Of a stretch of DNA of 64,000 nt, positions 62,522 to 64,000 are shown in pieces. Origin of the DNA: Candidatus Saccharibacteria bacterium QS_5_54_17 (GTDB taxonomy: Bacteria > Patescibacteriota > Saccharimonadia > QS-5-54-17); NCBI GenBank assembly GCA_003022365.1, contig PXOU01000018.1, positions 75,964 through 139,963 on the forward strand, given 5' to 3'. Every line of letters starts with the position of its first letter. Position 1 is the stretch's first letter. The notes beneath the pieces are model-generated. The model saw nothing but the letters and a program-made list of their open reading frames with translations, had not been told where the DNA came from and did no database searches. The position numbers and the translations under genes are program-made.

Positions 62522-64000
62522 TTAACGCGCCGCGGCGGGCGAGTTGGCCTGTTTCTTGCGCTCGGTTTGGCTGAGATGGATTTTCCGGAGCCGGATATTC
62601 TCCGGGGTGACTTCTACCAGTTCATCATCCTCGATGAAGTTGAGAGATTCTTCCAGCGACAACTGGGTAAACGGCGCCAGCTTGATGGCCGTGTCCGAAC
62701 CGGCGGCCCGGACGTTGGTCAGCTTTTTGCCTTTACACACGTTGATGGCGACATCATCACCGCGGCGGTTAAGGCCGACGATCATGCCCTGGTAAACCCG
62801 GCTGCCGTGACCGACGAAGGCGGTACCCCGTTCTTCCAGGCTTTGTAAGCTATAAGCAGTGGCTTCGCCGGTTTCGTGGGCGATCAACACGCCGTTGCGC
62901 GTCTTTTCCAATTCGCCGGTTAGAGGAGTATATCCGGCAAACAGACTGTTCATCACCGCCGTCCCTTTGGTGGACATCAGTAATTGGCTCCGCAATCCGA
63001 GCATGGCCCGGGTGGGCAATTGGTATATGATTTGATGAGTGTCTGGCCCCTTTTGTTCCATACTGATCAGTTCCGCCCGGCGTTTCCCCAGCTGGCTGGT
63101 AACTTCGCCCACGTAGTCTTCTGCTACTTCGATGGTCAGCTCTTCCCGGGGTTCCATCACCTGGCCGTTTTCGACCTTGGTCACCACTTGTGGCCGGCCG
63201 ATTTCCATTTCATACCCTTCCCGCCGCATGGTTTCGATGAGTACCGATAAATGCATTTCACCCCTTCCCGAAACCAGAAAGGTGGTTCCCTGTGCCTCTA
63301 CCGTCAAGCCGACGTTGGTTTCCAGTTCTTTCTCGAGCCGGGCGCCGATCTGCCGGGAAGTGGTAAACCGGCCTTCTTGGCCGGCGAACGGCGAGGTGTT
63401 GGGACCGATGGAAACCCGTAACGTCGGCGACTCGATCTCCATACCCGGGATAGATTCCGGTGCACTGGGATCGGCCAAGGTGTCGCCGATGCGCGCGTCC
63501 TTGACCCCTGTTATCCAGGCGATGTCACCGGCCTCGATGGCACTCGTTGCCTGTCGTTGCAATCCTTTGGCCGTAAACAGACCATCGACCGACGCTGAGC
63601 CGGGATTCCCCTCCGTGGAGATAAGCGTCACTTCGTCGCCGGCCGTGATCCGCCCCCGGGTGAGACGCCCGACCGCGTATTTGCCGCGGTGGTTGTCCCA
63701 ATCCAGCGAGGTAACCAACATCTGCAGCGGGCCGGACGGGTCGACCGCTGGGGCGGGTACCTGGTCGATGATGGCCCGGAACACCGGTGTTAAATCACCG
63801 GCGGCGTCCAAGTTTTCCGGCATATCCGGGTAGGCTTTGCCTTCGGTGCCCAGTGCGTAATATACCGGGAATTCCAGTTGGTCGTCGCGAACCGCTAAAT
63901 CCAGGAACAGGTTGGCGATCTCTTCCCGGACTTCGCTCAGCCGGGCGCCCGTTTTGTCGATTTTATTGATGACCACAATCGGTTTCAGTCCCAGCCCGAG
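62522..64000 (-). CDS. typA: Translational GTPase TypA/BipA, 5'-truncated by window
   Basis: INKID, NTSPFAG.EG, VSGRGEMHL, MRREGYE, KKLTNVRA, EVTP. Confidence 0.96.
   Translation of the reverse strand, partial: LGLGLKPIVVINKIDKTGARLSEVREEIANLFLDLAVRDDQLEFPVYYALGTEGKAYPDMPENLDAAGDLTPVFRAIIDQVPAPAVDPSGPLQMLVTSLDWDNHRGKYAVGRLTRGRITAGDEVTLISTEGNPGSASVDGLFTAKGLQRQATSAIEAGDIAWITGVKDARIGDTLADPSAPESIPGMEIESPTLRVSIGPNTSPFAGQEGRFTTSRQIGARLEKELETNVGLTVEAQGTTFLVSGRGEMHLSVLIETMRREGYEMEIGRPQVVTKVENGQVMEPREELTIEVAEDYVGEVTSQLGKRRAELISMEQKGPDTHQIIYQLPTRAMLGLRSQLLMSTKGTAVMNSLFAGYTPLTGELEKTRNGVLIAHETGEATAYSLQSLEERGTAFVGHGSRVYQGMIVGLNRRGDDVAINVCKGKKLTNVRAAGSDTAIKLAPFTQLSLEESLNFIEDDELVEVTPENIRLRKIHLSQTERKKQANSPAAAR

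Overview
Bacterial chromosomal window, standard code (TGA is a stop), mostly minus-strand genes. Gene content suggests a Patescibacteria/CPR genome, probably Saccharibacteria-like (inference from DUF3048, sortase, PEGA, LCP, stand-alone receiver domains and near-leaderless genes). Housekeeping genes include dprA, pth, der, gltX, mreB, nfo, murB, hsp20-clpB under a CIRCE box, typA, tRNA-Glu(CTC) and tRNA-Leu(CAA). An AT-rich defence island (about 13.7-24.1 kb) carries a type I R-M operon with coupled cargo genes (DUF3800 plus a downstream hairpin RNA, DUF2321, a membrane protein). The most striking feature is at tRNA-Glu: a small GIY-YIG nuclease gene lies between a 5' tRNA-like fragment and the intact tRNA, which encodes its last codons and stop. 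A 3' tRNA-like fragment follows, and both fragments carry a palindromic replacement anticodon arm. Five co-oriented, modular, nested REP/MITE-like composites are scattered through the window. Two plus-strand units with matching promoters and multi-hairpin RNA segments are ncRNA candidates. Family assignments come from motif recognition by eye; no searches were run.
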